64,000 nucleotides of DNA from Naegleria gruberi (lineage: Eukaryota). The stretch is taken from NCBI GenBank assembly GCA_000004985.1, contig GG738913.1. One strand, 5' to 3'. The position numbers and the translations under genes are program-made. The notes under the pieces were generated by a model that had not been told where the DNA came from, made no database searches, and saw nothing but the letters and a program-made list of their open reading frames with translations. Positions 10,547 to 22,615 of the stretch are shown in pieces. How positions within the stretch are numbered: position 1 is the stretch's first letter; each line of letters begins with the position of its first letter.

Positions 10547-13368
10547 TTATTCATATCTCTTAATTTCCAGAGATTCAGTATTATATTGTTTAGTTTTGCT
10601 TTTGCCACCACTTTTACTTGCTGATGATGAAGATGGTGGTGGTGTGAATTTATCGTACTCAATGAAACACTTCTCATTCCTGTAAATCTCAATAATCTTC
10701 TTCCAATGTTCATCAATACTCAATAACTCTGCATTGCCTACAATAACCATGAGTGATATGGCTCTGGAAATGGCCACGTTCAATCTCTTTGGATTTTGTA
10801 GGAAACCAAGCTTGAATTTGGAATCTTGTTCCAATCCTTCAGTGCTACTCGATCTGACAGTTGTCAAAAGGATGACTCTTCTTTCTTGACCTTGGAATTG
10901 TTCAGTAGTTCCAACAAAGATTTTTTTGTACAATGGATTGGTGGATTTTCTCAACAATTTTTTGATTTCTTCTGCTTGTTTTCTGTATGGAGTAATGATG
11001 CCAATTTCATGTTCAGGATTATATTGGTTGTGTTTGCTGTTGAAAACCAATCCAGACTTTACGATTTCATCCAATTTATCCATTAAAACTTGAATTTCTT
11101 TGGAATTATACCATGAAGGTGAGTCATTATCACGTTTCTCATCACCCTTAACGTGGTAAAACAACATTGGAACTTGTGGATTCTCCAAAATTGGATTGTT
11201 AATGAAGAGATTTGCTGAATTAATATCAGTACATGATGAAATTAAGGAATTATTATAAAATACAGAGCTATAGACTTGCATTATTTTAGGGTGAGCTCTG
11301 TATGATTGTTGTAATTGAGTAATAGAACAGCAATTATCTCCTAACTTGACTAAATGTTCCAAGAGGGATTCGCCCAATCCATATTCAACAGCAAGAGGAG
11401 ATCTTACAATTGGTCCAAGTTGTTTTGGATCACCTGCCAACACAACAACTGTATTGTCACCTTTCAAAGAGAATGGTATTAATGCTTCTGGAATAACAGA
11501 TTCACCAGATTCATCAATAATAATATGAGAAAAGTGTCCTGGCTTAACTCCCTTACTGTACAAATAACCAGATGAAGTGCATGTTGAAATAATTACATCA
11601 TATTTGGCGATTTCATGTAATTCTGGAATTTCAAAACCTTGATCAAGTTTGTTTGAGAATTTAATAATCCACCTCTTTGTGAATGTATTTGGATCTCTTT
11701 GAACACTATTCATTCTCATCATTTTCACTAATGGATTCAAGTTACTATCGACCAGTCTTTCCACAATAATATCAGCTGCTTGATTGGAAGGAGCACATAT
11801 GAGAATCTTGTGATTTGGATCTTGTTTCATAATTTCCAAGATACATTGAGATACTACGAATGTTTTACCTGTTCCAGGAGGTCCAAAAACTATTTTGATA
11901 TTAGTAAGAATCTAGCACCAGAAAATACATTCCTGAAATAAGGAGAGTCACACATTGAGAGAGCTCTATGCATCAACTTGATTGGAGTTCTTGAGAATCT
12001 GAAACTGATATCAACCTTTTCATACTTTTCTACATTTTCATGGAATGAAACAACTACATGATCTAAATTGACATAATGAATGAAACCTTTGAAAAGAACA
12101 GTTCTTGCCTTTGTTTCGTGATGAGGTCTACATAAAATCAAATCTCCTCTCAATACGGATGGTCTCTTTTCAGCAAGACCTGCACAATAGACTTTGTACA
12201 ATCTAGAATTAGGAGCATGTCTGTATCTTTCCTCATAGCTTTCCAATTTAATTCCTGACAAGTCGTATTGCTTAATGTCATAAATCATTTGGGCCTCTTC
12301 AACATGTAATAATGTTCCTAATAAATTATGAGTGTATGTGTACATGTCATTAGTAGAAACATGTTCATTTGGTTCCTGTTGAGTAACCTTTGTTCCTTGT
12401 TTCAATTCACCAGACAATTCATTCTTGAGTTGAGCATTCATTGCATGTTTTTCCAATATTTTCTTATTATCCAAAACATTCTTAATCTTATCAGGAAGTT
12501 CATAAGCTTCCAATGGTTTTTGGAATTTCATTCCATCCCCCAAAGGTCTCTTTCCAGATTTGACATTATTAAATCTCCAAACATGTCTATATTTTCTCTT
12601 CTTCAAATTTGGTAATTTGTAAATTCTGTCTGGATCATAATGAAGAGTGAAAATCTTCTTTACAGAACCACCCTCAAGAGTTTCCTTTTCAAGGGTCTGA
12701 TAGAAAAATAAAGTGGGATGTAAAATTTGATAAACCAACATTTGAGGACTCAATTGTGAATAATTCAACTTGAATCTTTTGTGAACCATTTTGAGAAGTT
12801 TCTTGGTATCCATCTTTCTTGGCACATCCAAAGTAGATGTGACAAAATGAATAATATCTCTCTTTCTATTCTCATCCAAAAGGAGACCATTCATACTTGT
12901 GCCATTATTATTATTATTATTATTATTGGACACAGATGGTGGTGGAGTTGATTCTGATTGTTGTGGAGTTGCTTGTTTCTTTGCTCTTTTCCTACGATTT
13001 GAATTTTTAGATGTTGTTTTACCTGTTGTGGTGGTGCCTGCAGAAGTCTGCTTGTGAGCAACATTTGATGATGCAGATGCATGTTGCACAACAACATTCA
13101 ATGCAGCTTTGAATGTTGTTGATGCATTAGCATTCACCATGCTCTTCTTAATATCGGCCTTCTTTTTACGAGTGCGCTTTGGCTGTGGAGGAGCCGTGTT
13201 GGCTAAATTTAAAGTAGTATCAGCCACCACTACATGTTGGTGATGGTCATCTGAAATAGTTGAAGTGTTATTTGCTGGTTTTCTTGTGCGTCTTGTTCTT
13301 CTTGTGCCTGCTTGTTGTGGGTAGTTGTTGTTTGGTGTTGGGTTGGGAGGTGGAATGGTGGTGGACAT
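10547..13368 (-). CDS. MOV10/Armitage/UPF1-like SF1 RNA helicase. The reading frame is broken by a 1-nt shift near 11850-11890
   Basis: The helicase core ORF has motif Ia (ILICAPSNQAADII), DExx (HIIIDESGE), VLAGDPKQLGPIV, IGIITPYRKQ and VGTTEQFQGQERRVILLTTVRS. Walker A (GPPGTGKT) is encoded just upstream of its listed start, in the same frame. That frame overlaps the end of the N-terminal ORF (...FSGARFLLISK*). One extra A in the run tcAAAAtag would fuse them into ...LLISKIVFGPPGTGKT.... The N-terminal part carries an NLS-like KRTRKKK and a poly-N run. Confidence 0.65.
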
Positions 13369-13613
13369 TTTTTTGGATTTGATTGGCGAAATGTTTCGAG
13401 AGTTATTTGTTTATGATTCTCTTGAATTCCCAACCTTTACCAAAATGGAAATCGCTATAAATAAATAGATTGGGAATAGTTTAAATTCAATAGAATGTAT
13501 AGCTTGAATCTTTGAGATTGCCATTATTTCTGGATCTTGTTTTAATGAAATGATCATGATTTTCATTTCTAGCGAATGAGGAAATTTTTTGAATGAAAAC
13601 GAAACATCTCGAA

Positions 13614-15131
13614 TCAACACGAGGATATGTGTTTCCAATTACTTTTGATTAATGTGTTGGAAAATGGCATAATAGATAGGATTCCATTAACATCAAATTC
13701 AAATCTGGTTTCTAATCTGTTGCTTGTAAGATCAATTCCAATATCAATAGTTGCAATTCCAATAAGCTCTCTAGATTCTGGTCTATCCCCTTCAAATATT
13801 TTAATTTGAAATGTTTTCCTTTCCATTATTGAATCTGAAATTAACAACTGAGACACCTTAATACATGGAATCGAAACCTCTGTAGGAAATATAGTTAACA
13901 TATTTCCTTCCATTTCACATGTAATTGGTCGACTGGTTGTGTCTATGATAAGGCATTCCTGTTCGAAACCTCCCAATATCCCTCCTTCAAATGCAACTCC
14001 AAATGCAACCTCGTATGGTAAAAGAGGTTTAGGATAGAGAGTTTTACCGAAATAGTTAGATATTAGCTCTTTTAGTTTTGGAATTTCACCTCCTCCACCA
14101 ACAAAAATCACATGATCAATCTCTTGCTTTGTAATTAATGATCTTGTGTGAACTCTTGTCACTAAATTCATGCATTTTCTAAAAAACTCAATATTCAATT
14201 CTTCAAAAAGTGATCTACTTATTGTAATCTCAAAATCATTTCCATCCATAAGAGATTCAAGACTGATTTTTGTTTCTAATTCATTCGAAAGTCTCTTCTT
14301 TGCTTCTTCACATGCCAAATTCAGTCTCCTCATTGAAATTGGATTTTCTTGTAAATGTTTTTTGAATGATTTGTAAAATTGTTCACAACAATAATTAACC
14401 AGACTTTCGTCCAATAATGATCCTCCAACATTAGAGAATCCTTCACTCGTTCTAGTCTCAAAAATGTCACTTTCTACAATCATTATCGATGCAGAACATC
14501 CACTCCTTCCCAAGTCAAATAGGAAAACCCTCCTCTCTCCATGTTCCTTCCAAAGATATTGGAAACAAGATGCAGAGGTGTCATGTATGAATCTTGCAAT
14601 TTTTAGGCCAGCATACTCGCCAGCTTTTTTCATTATAATTCTCTGACAATTCGAATAATAATTTGGAATTGACACAATAATCTCTGTAACTAAAGTATTC
14701 AAATATCTTTCAGCATCTTGCTTCAATTCTTTCAAAATCAATCCAATCATTTCAGATATCGATAATTCACCATTAATAACACCCAATCGAATAGTTCCAT
14801 CCTCCTTTCGAATAATTTTGAATGGCCATCTCCTCTCTTGTGAACTAAACTCATCGTCATCATGAAATGTTTTTCCAATTAATTTTTTAAAATCCCAGAA
14901 ACAACAATGAGGATTCACTAAACTATATTCTAAAGCCTCTTGTCCAATTAATATTTTACTTTCCGATACTGATGATGATGATGATTCATCTAGAAAGGCC
15001 AAACAAGTTGGAGTTTCGTATTTACCGAATTTATTGGGAATATATTCAATGTGATCTTTAATGTAAACGGCAGCCCTACAGTGTGATCCTCCAAAATCAA
15101 TTCCAACAATTCCATTTTGCAATTTTTTCAT
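13614..15131 (-). CDS. Atypical Hsp70-family ATPase
   Basis: GIVGIDFGGSHCRAAVY is the phosphate-1 motif. DLGRSGCSASIMIV is phosphate-2. VIFVGGGGEIPKLKELISNYFG is the adenosine motif. The first ATG is at 15129-15131. The stop is TGA. Confidence 0.7.
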   Translation of the reverse strand: MKKLQNGIVGIDFGGSHCRAAVYIKDHIEYIPNKFGKYETPTCLAFLDESSSSSVSESKILIGQEALEYSLVNPHCCFWDFKKLIGKTFHDDDEFSSQERRWPFKIIRKEDGTIRLGVINGELSISEMIGLILKELKQDAERYLNTLVTEIIVSIPNYYSNCQRIIMKKAGEYAGLKIARFIHDTSASCFQYLWKEHGERRVFLFDLGRSGCSASIMIVESDIFETRTSEGFSNVGGSLLDESLVNYCCEQFYKSFKKHLQENPISMRRLNLACEEAKKRLSNELETKISLESLMDGNDFEITISRSLFEELNIEFFRKCMNLVTRVHTRSLITKQEIDHVIFVGGGGEIPKLKELISNYFGKTLYPKPLLPYEVAFGVAFEGGILGGFEQECLIIDTTSRPITCEMEGNMLTIFPTEVSIPCIKVSQLLISDSIMERKTFQIKIFEGDRPESRELIGIATIDIGIDLTSNRLETRFEFDVNGILSIMPFSNTLIKSNWKHISSC

Positions 15132-15519
15132 TTTTTTCTCACTTGTTTCTGTTTGGTTATGATCATTACAATGCCACTTTTGTCCTATTGTGTTTTGCTG
15201 CCACAATGTTGTTACACTGCTTTACCAAGCTTACATTTCCACTTCAACTCAAACTTCCCGCCTTTTTTACAACTTTGAAAAAAACAAAATTGGTCGTTAA
15301 AAGGTCCAGATGAACACGCGGAAAAAGAGGAGGAAATAGAGTCGGCTGTTGATTCATGAATGAATTAAAAATACAGCATCAGAGAGGAAGAAAGGAGGAA
15401 GAAATGAGACAAAGAAAAGCGAGTGTGTATAACAGTTGTGGATTGCATAAATAGCGAACACATTGTCTGAACTGACAATAACAAAAAATTGAAAACAATC
15501 AAAACAATCATCTCTTAAC

Positions 15520-16422
15520 ATGTCATCCACCAAAGTTCTCGTTGTAGGTGCCACTGGTCGTTTAGGATCTTTGATTACCTCTGCCTTATTAAACAAACCA
15601 ACAGTTCAAGTTTCTGCATTGATCAGAAAGGGAAGCGAAACTAAAGCTGAACAATTGAAAGAAAAGGGAGTTCAATTGATTAGTGGAGCATTGAATGATT
15701 CTGTCGAGGATTTACAACAAGCATGTCAAAATGTTGATGTTATTATTAGTGCTGTTATTGGTTCTGAAGACACCATTATGGATGGTCAACTAAGATTGTT
15801 GGAAGCTGCCAAGAAGGCTGGTGTTAAACGTTTCATTCCTTCTGATTATTCTGCTGATTATTTAAGAGCTTCCATTGGTGATCATGACCACTTTGATATG
15901 AGAAAGCAAGTTGCTGAACAAGTGAAACAGTCAGGAATTGGTTACACTATCTTTTTGAATGGAGTTTTCATGGAAACATTCTTTGGACCATTCTTGAACA
16001 TAATTGACACCAAGAATCACAAGATTACTTATTATGGATCTGCTGATACTCTTGTTGATACAACTACTTACGAAGATGCTGCCAAGTATGTTGTCGAGGC
16101 TGCTCTTGATCCAGAACAATTGAACAAGATTGTTTCTGTTTCTGGTGATCGTGTCTCCTATACTCAACTAGCTCAACAAATTGAACAAGTCACTGGACAT
16201 AAGATTACATTGGAAAGAAAAGGAAGTGTTGAGGATCTTAAGAAACTCATTGAAACTACCAAGAATACCACTCATAACGTTTGGGCCTACATTGGAATGC
16301 AATATCAATACGCTCTTCACAGTGGAATTTGTGAGTTGAAGAATATTCAAAATAGCAAGTATCCAAATGTTCACCCAACTTCTATCAAGCAATGGCTTGA
16401 AAAGAATAAGAACATTTTTTAA
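15520..16422 (+). CDS. NmrA-like / isoflavone-reductase-family NAD(P)-binding protein
   Basis: An N-terminal Rossmann motif (VLVVGATGRLGS) and the overall 300-aa atypical SDR layout. Confidence 0.7.
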   Translation: MSSTKVLVVGATGRLGSLITSALLNKPTVQVSALIRKGSETKAEQLKEKGVQLISGALNDSVEDLQQACQNVDVIISAVIGSEDTIMDGQLRLLEAAKKAGVKRFIPSDYSADYLRASIGDHDHFDMRKQVAEQVKQSGIGYTIFLNGVFMETFFGPFLNIIDTKNHKITYYGSADTLVDTTTYEDAAKYVVEAALDPEQLNKIVSVSGDRVSYTQLAQQIEQVTGHKITLERKGSVEDLKKLIETTKNTTHNVWAYIGMQYQYALHSGICELKNIQNSKYPNVHPTSIKQWLEKNKNIF

Positions 16423-17054
16423 AGTGTTGAATAGTTCTTGTTAGAATCAGACTTAACTCTATGGGAAACCTGCCGTAACAATGGTCTCATTCAATTAATA
16501 AACTTGTAAATTTTTTCTCGTGGTTATTATTATTATAATATTGAAGAATCTGATGGTTCATTCTCTCTCTTCAAATCAGCATGTTTACTGATGAGGAAGA
16601 AATCAAATTGAGTCGGAGCAGCTTAATAATTTATTCTTAATGCTCCAACTGTTTGAAGTACCACAGAACAGATGAGCTTATACTTCATTAGTTGAATTTT
16701 CTTAGGTCCTTTATCATTAAGGAACAACATGATTATCCACTGATTGAAAGATTGCCACAATTATACGGCGTTGTATTGATTAAATTTCCTTCTGGTATTG
16801 CGGCGTTGCTGGAAGTTTTTGCTCATCCTTTCTATTCCTTGAATTAAGACTTAATCGAGCGGTTTCTTGGGAGGTCTATTTTTCAGTACATATCTCTCCA
16901 ACTTTGGAGATTGTCTTTCTTGATTTGAAATTTGTTATGACTAAACCCAAAGCAATTTCTATTGTTTTTACAGAAAGTTACATGGTTGCAATGAAAAATT
17001 CACTTATTAAGGCGACCTTTTAGGACCACAACTATTGAAAAAACAAACAACAAA

Positions 17055-18548
17055 ATGAGTCAACCTGAAGGACAGCAGAATGATGACGCTAAAAATCTCT
17101 TCAATTTAGGAACCAAGTATGAGAGGGAGGGAGATTATGTCAAGGCAATGGAATGGTATTTGAAAGCTGCTGAAAAAGGCCATGCTGCTGCACATTATAA
17201 TATTGCAGGATTTTACCATGAGGGGATGGGTGTTAAACAAGATTATTCGAAAGCCATGGAATGGAACTTGAAAGCTGCTGAAAAGGGTGATAAATTTGCA
17301 TTGTTTAATATTGGATACATGTATTCGAATGGAGAAGGGGTTAAAAAAAATTATGCCAAGGCAATGGAATGGTATTTAAAAGCTGATGAACACAATAGTG
17401 CAGATGCACAACACAATATTGCCCAATTTTATTATTATGGACAAGGAGTTCAAAAAGATAATGCCAAAGCAATGGAATGGTATTTGAAATCGGCTGGAAA
17501 TGGAACTTCAGGTGTCAGCTCAGCTGCCAAATATAATATTGGATCCATGTATGCTAATGGAGAAGGAGTTCCCTGTGACATGTCAAAAGCTTTTAGATGG
17601 TTTTCTACGGCTGCTAAAGAAGGACATGCAGGTGCACAATGTGCTCTTGAATATTTATTAGACAACTTTGAAGATCTTGATGATGAGGATGAAGAGGAAT
17701 TCGGTATGGAAAACATTTTGGAATTAGCTCGTCAAGGAGATGCCAATGCTCAATACGAAGTGGCAGATTTATTTCTCAATGGTATGCAGAGTGAATATCA
17801 AGCACTGGAATGGTATCTTAAAGCAGCTAAACAAGATCATGCACCAGCTCAATACGAAGTTGGAAACTGTTATTTCTTTGGACGTGGCACTAGCAAAGAT
17901 CTCTCTTCTGCTCTTGAATGGTTTTTAAAATCTGCAGATCAAGAATATCCTAAAGCACTTTTAATGATGGGTTATTTGTTTGAAAATGGAGTTGAGGTTG
18001 AAAAGAACTTTGAAAAGGCGTTGGAATACTATAAGAAAGCAGCCGAAAAGGGGGATAATCAAGTAAAGTTTACCCTCGCCTTAATGTATTCAGAGGGTAA
18101 GGGAACAACTGCAAGTATGATGGATTCACTTAAATGGCTACTTGATTCGTATAAGGAAAGCATGTTAAGCAAAAGTGTTGTTCAATTTTTACAATATTTC
18201 AACTTGGTAACCGTAAGTGGAATTGAGAATAGAAAGGATAAGAAATTCATTACTCAACTTTACGATGATTTTATTTCAAAATCAATTTGTGATGTGTGTG
18301 AAGAAGATTGTGAGGGTTTTTATTATGCAACTGGTAGTGACAGAAATTCTTTTGATGTTTGTCAAAAGTGTTGGAAAAAGACTAAAATATTGAAAGAGTT
18401 TAAGGATGAAATTGGAGACAGAAAATTTAAGGAAACTCATTACCTTGCACATTTCCTTCCGCTGATTATGTTTTGTAAGGAAAAAGAAGGAGTTTCTAAT
18501 AAGCAGTTGGACACAATTATTGCAGAATTGAAAAAATGTGTAATGTAA
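17055..18548 (+). CDS. Sel1-repeat protein with a C-terminal ZZ-type zinc-finger-like Cys cluster
   Basis: At least eight Sel1-like repeats (AMEWYLKAAEKGHAAAHYNIAGFYHEGMGVKQDYSKA...). The C-terminal cluster is CDVCEEDCEGFYYATGSDRNSFDVCQKCW. Confidence 0.7.
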   Translation: MSQPEGQQNDDAKNLFNLGTKYEREGDYVKAMEWYLKAAEKGHAAAHYNIAGFYHEGMGVKQDYSKAMEWNLKAAEKGDKFALFNIGYMYSNGEGVKKNYAKAMEWYLKADEHNSADAQHNIAQFYYYGQGVQKDNAKAMEWYLKSAGNGTSGVSSAAKYNIGSMYANGEGVPCDMSKAFRWFSTAAKEGHAGAQCALEYLLDNFEDLDDEDEEEFGMENILELARQGDANAQYEVADLFLNGMQSEYQALEWYLKAAKQDHAPAQYEVGNCYFFGRGTSKDLSSALEWFLKSADQEYPKALLMMGYLFENGVEVEKNFEKALEYYKKAAEKGDNQVKFTLALMYSEGKGTTASMMDSLKWLLDSYKESMLSKSVVQFLQYFNLVTVSGIENRKDKKFITQLYDDFISKSICDVCEEDCEGFYYATGSDRNSFDVCQKCWKKTKILKEFKDEIGDRKFKETHYLAHFLPLIMFCKEKEGVSNKQLDTIIAELKKCVM

Positions 18549-18756
18549 CTTCACTGATTTGTAGCAACCTTTCATCTGAATGATTACAATAAAGATTTAA
18601 TATTTAATATTAAATACAATGATTAACAATGTAATGCTGAATAAAAGAATGAATTTTGATTCGCTCAAATTTGATGCTTGTGAAATAATTGTTCCATTGC
18701 TGTCAGCTCTTGGAATGACACCTCCTGAAGAAGTTGCCACAATTGGCTTGGATGAT

Positions 18757-20934
18757 TTACTTGGAGTAGGTTTCGTATAGGAATAGCTTGGTTGTGGTGT
18801 AGTAGAAGCTACTGGAATTGGAATACTTGGCTGAGGAGATGGTGGATGGAATCGAATTATTGGAAGAATTTGAGTTGATTACTTGATCTAATTTCACACC
18901 GATTTGATCAATTGGAATTTGAACTCCCAATAACAAACTCAAATAGCTTTCCAATACTGTGAAATTACCAGCAGCAAAATTTACAAAAATTGAATCAGTC
19001 ATTTCGGCTGTATTATTCGAATAGGTACTATACTTTTTGAAATTATTGAAAATTGAATTACTCGTCTTTCCAACAAACACATTAAATGTCACATTATTGC
19101 CTTTTGGAGTATTTGGTTCATCATTGAGTATATTTGGAAGTGTTGGATATGAGTCAATCCAAATCTTACTCGTGTTAAATGGAACTTTGAGGAGATTTGT
19201 GTTAATTTCAACAGTATTGGCCCAGGTCAACCCACGATCATCTGCATAAATGGCCTGTGTATTATTCACAAACACATTTCCAAACACAACATTGTCTCTT
19301 CCACCACCAATCAATAATCCTCTATAACAGTCAACCAGGATATTTCCATACATGGTTACTGAAGAGAACATGTCATCCAAGTAGATGCATGTAGCACCTA
19401 GATCACCCATTCCTTTAACATTGTAAATGTAATTATATCTGATGAGATTACCTCTCTGTGTCCAATCACGTCCTGAATAAATTGCTGAACTATCTTGAGA
19501 TGATTTACAGACATTGTGAATCTTATTGTAGGATAAATCATGATTGTTACCTCCCCACATGATGGCTACGTGGTCTCCATTGTAAATTTCATTGTTTCTA
19601 CATGTGATTCCTACGCCTTGGACTGAAATTGCTGGTCTATAAGTTTTGCCAATTCTGGAATAGTTAAAAATTGTATTTCCCATAACAAGTGCATTCCATG
19701 AAGTAAGTGTAGTTCTTGATCCAGCACTAATGCTCAAACCTCCTTGTCCTATTTCATAAAATGTGTTGTAATTAATTTTACAATAATCATCACAGTTTGT
19801 CATTGAAATTCCTCTATTACCAATATTGGAAAAAGTACAATGTGAAATCTCAATTGCTGTCAATGTATTAGCAACTAAACCAACCCCTCTACACATTTCA
19901 AACTTGAGATTTGAAAATAATTGTCCATTGGCCAATGAAACAATCAAATGTTCAGAAACTGAAATCATGACATCATCATTGGCAGTGATTTCTGAAGGAG
20001 GCCAAAAGAAAATGACATCATCCAATATAATATATTCACCTGGCATGTCTAATTCACTCAAAAAGTTGGCCACATAAATTCTCTGACCTTTCTGAATTCC
20101 AAGCGAAGGTTTAAATTGTAATTGAACTGTTCCATTCGAATAGAGTTTAGAAAGCGGTGCCAATTCATCTGCCCAATCATAATAAAAGTAGGAGAATACG
20201 AATGGATACTTTTCAAGTGGCCAATTCATTCTATTAGGAGAACCAGTGCTGTTCAATCTCACCATGTATTCTGCATCAGTTGACAAGATTTTCAAATATT
20301 GATCTTCCCCTTGAGGAGTCTTATTTGGATATCTGGCAACAGTTTGAACCTTTCCTCTGAAGAATAACTCATTCCCAGATGTTGTTCCACCAATGGAATA
20401 ACCTGCCCTCTTGAGTGCCACAATCTGAGAGGAGGAGAAACCAGCTTGTGTTAAATTTAACATTTTAACATGACCCCTACTTGATTGTGGAAGCATTGAA
20501 TACGAATCTTCATCATTAGAATCAAATGTTTTCCACAAGTAGGAAGGCAATGGCACTGCTCCTGAAAAGATTACCTCACCATTCTCTCTCCATGGTTTCC
20601 AATAGACTGGCGATGATCGATCATTAAATTTCGAAGGTTTCACAATCGATGTTGAAGCATTGAAAAAATAACGACCATCATCAATGTTCACATAAATTGT
20701 AACATTCTTGATGAGAGTTTGACTGAGTGAATTCTTATAGGTTTGAATCCATTGAGAAGCTTTGGCTATGGTTTGAAAAGGACTAGTTGTTGAATTTCCT
20801 GAATTTGAATCAGATCCTTCGTGTTGGGAAATGTACAAGTTGACTGTTAGTGATTGTTGGGTGTTAACGAATGTTAAACATGCCCAACACATGCAAAACA
20901 GAATGGTTAAAAGGTAGTTATTCCCAAGAATCAT
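18757..20934 (-). CDS. Secreted right-handed parallel beta-helix (pectin-lyase fold) protein
   Basis: An N-terminal signal peptide (MILGNNYLLTILFCMCWACLTFVNTQQ) precedes multiple PbH1-type repeats (NNEIYNGDHVAIMWGGNNHDLSYNKIHN..., GNVFVNNTQAIYADDRGL). Confidence 0.65.
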   Translation of the reverse strand: MILGNNYLLTILFCMCWACLTFVNTQQSLTVNLYISQHEGSDSNSGNSTTSPFQTIAKASQWIQTYKNSLSQTLIKNVTIYVNIDDGRYFFNASTSIVKPSKFNDRSSPVYWKPWRENGEVIFSGAVPLPSYLWKTFDSNDEDSYSMLPQSSRGHVKMLNLTQAGFSSSQIVALKRAGYSIGGTTSGNELFFRGKVQTVARYPNKTPQGEDQYLKILSTDAEYMVRLNSTGSPNRMNWPLEKYPFVFSYFYYDWADELAPLSKLYSNGTVQLQFKPSLGIQKGQRIYVANFLSELDMPGEYIILDDVIFFWPPSEITANDDVMISVSEHLIVSLANGQLFSNLKFEMCRGVGLVANTLTAIEISHCTFSNIGNRGISMTNCDDYCKINYNTFYEIGQGGLSISAGSRTTLTSWNALVMGNTIFNYSRIGKTYRPAISVQGVGITCRNNEIYNGDHVAIMWGGNNHDLSYNKIHNVCKSSQDSSAIYSGRDWTQRGNLIRYNYIYNVKGMGDLGATCIYLDDMFSSVTMYGNILVDCYRGLLIGGGRDNVVFGNVFVNNTQAIYADDRGLTWANTVEINTNLLKVPFNTSKIWIDSYPTLPNILNDEPNTPKGNNVTFNVFVGKTSNSIFNNFKKYSTYSNNTAEMTDSIFVNFAAGNFTVLESYLSLLLGVQIPIDQIGVKLDQVINSNSSNNSIPSTISSAKYSNSSSFYYTTTKLFLYETYSK

Positions 20935-21623
20935 TTTTTTTTGAGTTTGTTAAGAGAACGTCACTTGCCACAATGCTTTTTTGACACTTTTTAAAGTGTG
21001 TTTCCCCTCAAAGTGGAAGTGGTATTAAATAGTTAGTAATTGAGGTTGTGATGCGAAATCATATTGTTGTCTCTGGGTTTAGCACTCAAATGTCAACTTT
21101 CGAATAGCAATAGTCAAGTAACAACTTAACGAATCAGCAAAAATTTTGGTGAATTACACAAAAAGGGAAATATTTGCAATAAAAACTATCCATTGAATTG
21201 TAAGTTATTATACAATACCCATCTACAGCTTTTTTTCAATAACATTAAAGCAATACAGTGTTGATTTTATTTCCTCAACTCAATAAATAATATTCGAAAT
21301 GCTTGAATCTGAAAGACATTTTTTCGACTGGAAACTGGAAAAGTAGATGCAATTGTAATGCCTAGCCAATTAAAATTTATTTTGTAATCTCATGTACTTG
21401 AGTGAACCTATAAAAGTTTTAGTAGTAAAAAAAACAAGAAAAAAAAATAACAACAAACATGAAAAGAAAACTCGACCATGACCAGCACCACAGCAATAAC
21501 GCTAAAATAATCTAGACAATTCATAATCCACTCAATTTACTACGTATTGATGATTTGCAAACAGCCTTTTCAGTATCATCATCCTCATCATTTGATGAAT
21601 TTTATGAACGATTAATCAAGAAT

Positions 21624-22580
21624 ATGAAATTCCGATCAGAACAAACAAAAACAATATTAAAATCAGTGATGACTCATGTAGTATTATTCATTGGAATGGA
21701 TGATGTGTTGAGTGGATCTGTGCTGATGGTTTGTAAAGAGTGGTATCATGAATTGATAAATAATGAATTTGTCTGGAATGTGCTGTATGACAGATTAATT
21801 GCCTCTAGCCTTGAATATGCCAAGTTTTGGCGTGAAGATCCTTCAAATCAAATAACAAATAATTATTATGATGTACGTTTGGGAAACAAGACTGATGTAA
21901 ATCCAAGAGAAAAGATTAAATGGTCAACTCCACAAAAGACTGATTATTCATGGCAATTTAAGAAAGCGTTTTGTCTTGCTAAATTTGCAAGTTATTCGAA
22001 ACATAGAACTCTAGGAACTATCAAAACGTTTTCATCATTGAATTATGATAGTGATGCCTTTTTATGCCTTAGAGATTTTGAGCCAAACTTGAATTCTGTA
22101 TTCCATATTACCTGGCAAAAAAAGAAAGATAGTAATTGCAATGATGACATTTTCTATGCTAGTGCCGGCTCACCAGACCTACACCAGCTGAGATCATTAA
22201 TGGAGTTTACATTGGATTACTTCAATATTGCCCGTCCACACCAGTCGTTTACAATGAAAGTTAAAATTGATCTTTTCAGAAATGAAAATGAAGAAGACAC
22301 CAGATACGTTTCACAAATTAGTGTTGAAACAATGGATGTTCTTAGATCTTTCAACTATTCTTCAGCATCAGCAAGTGATAGATTAGTTCTATTGCAATCT
22401 AATCTATTTGGAAAAGAACAATACACTAATACTGCGCCAATACTTAATCCTGAAAATATTGAAATATTTCGTACCGAGTGGCTAGGAGAGGAAGAAGGTA
22501 AATTCCCTTTTCAATGGTTCATATTTTCACTACGTATCCATCCATTATCAGATGCCGTTAATACACTTATTTACCAATAA
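21624..22580 (+). CDS. Hypothetical protein with an F-box-like N-terminus
   Basis: The ORF-track start is TTG, so I used the first ATG at 21624. The motif is LFIGMDDVLSGSVLMVCKEWYHELINNEFVWNVLYDRL. An upstream exon cannot be excluded. Confidence 0.45.
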   Translation: MKFRSEQTKTILKSVMTHVVLFIGMDDVLSGSVLMVCKEWYHELINNEFVWNVLYDRLIASSLEYAKFWREDPSNQITNNYYDVRLGNKTDVNPREKIKWSTPQKTDYSWQFKKAFCLAKFASYSKHRTLGTIKTFSSLNYDSDAFLCLRDFEPNLNSVFHITWQKKKDSNCNDDIFYASAGSPDLHQLRSLMEFTLDYFNIARPHQSFTMKVKIDLFRNENEEDTRYVSQISVETMDVLRSFNYSSASASDRLVLLQSNLFGKEQYTNTAPILNPENIEIFRTEWLGEEEGKFPFQWFIFSLRIHPLSDAVNTLIYQ

Positions 22581-22615
22581 ATAGTAGTAGATTCCAATAA
22601 AGTTTCAGCCAAGTT

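Noticed and set aside
12895-12925. (ATT)7 microsatellite
   Set aside because: It lies in frame within the helicase N-terminal region and encodes a poly-Asn run typical of this genome's low-complexity coding sequence. It is not an independent element.
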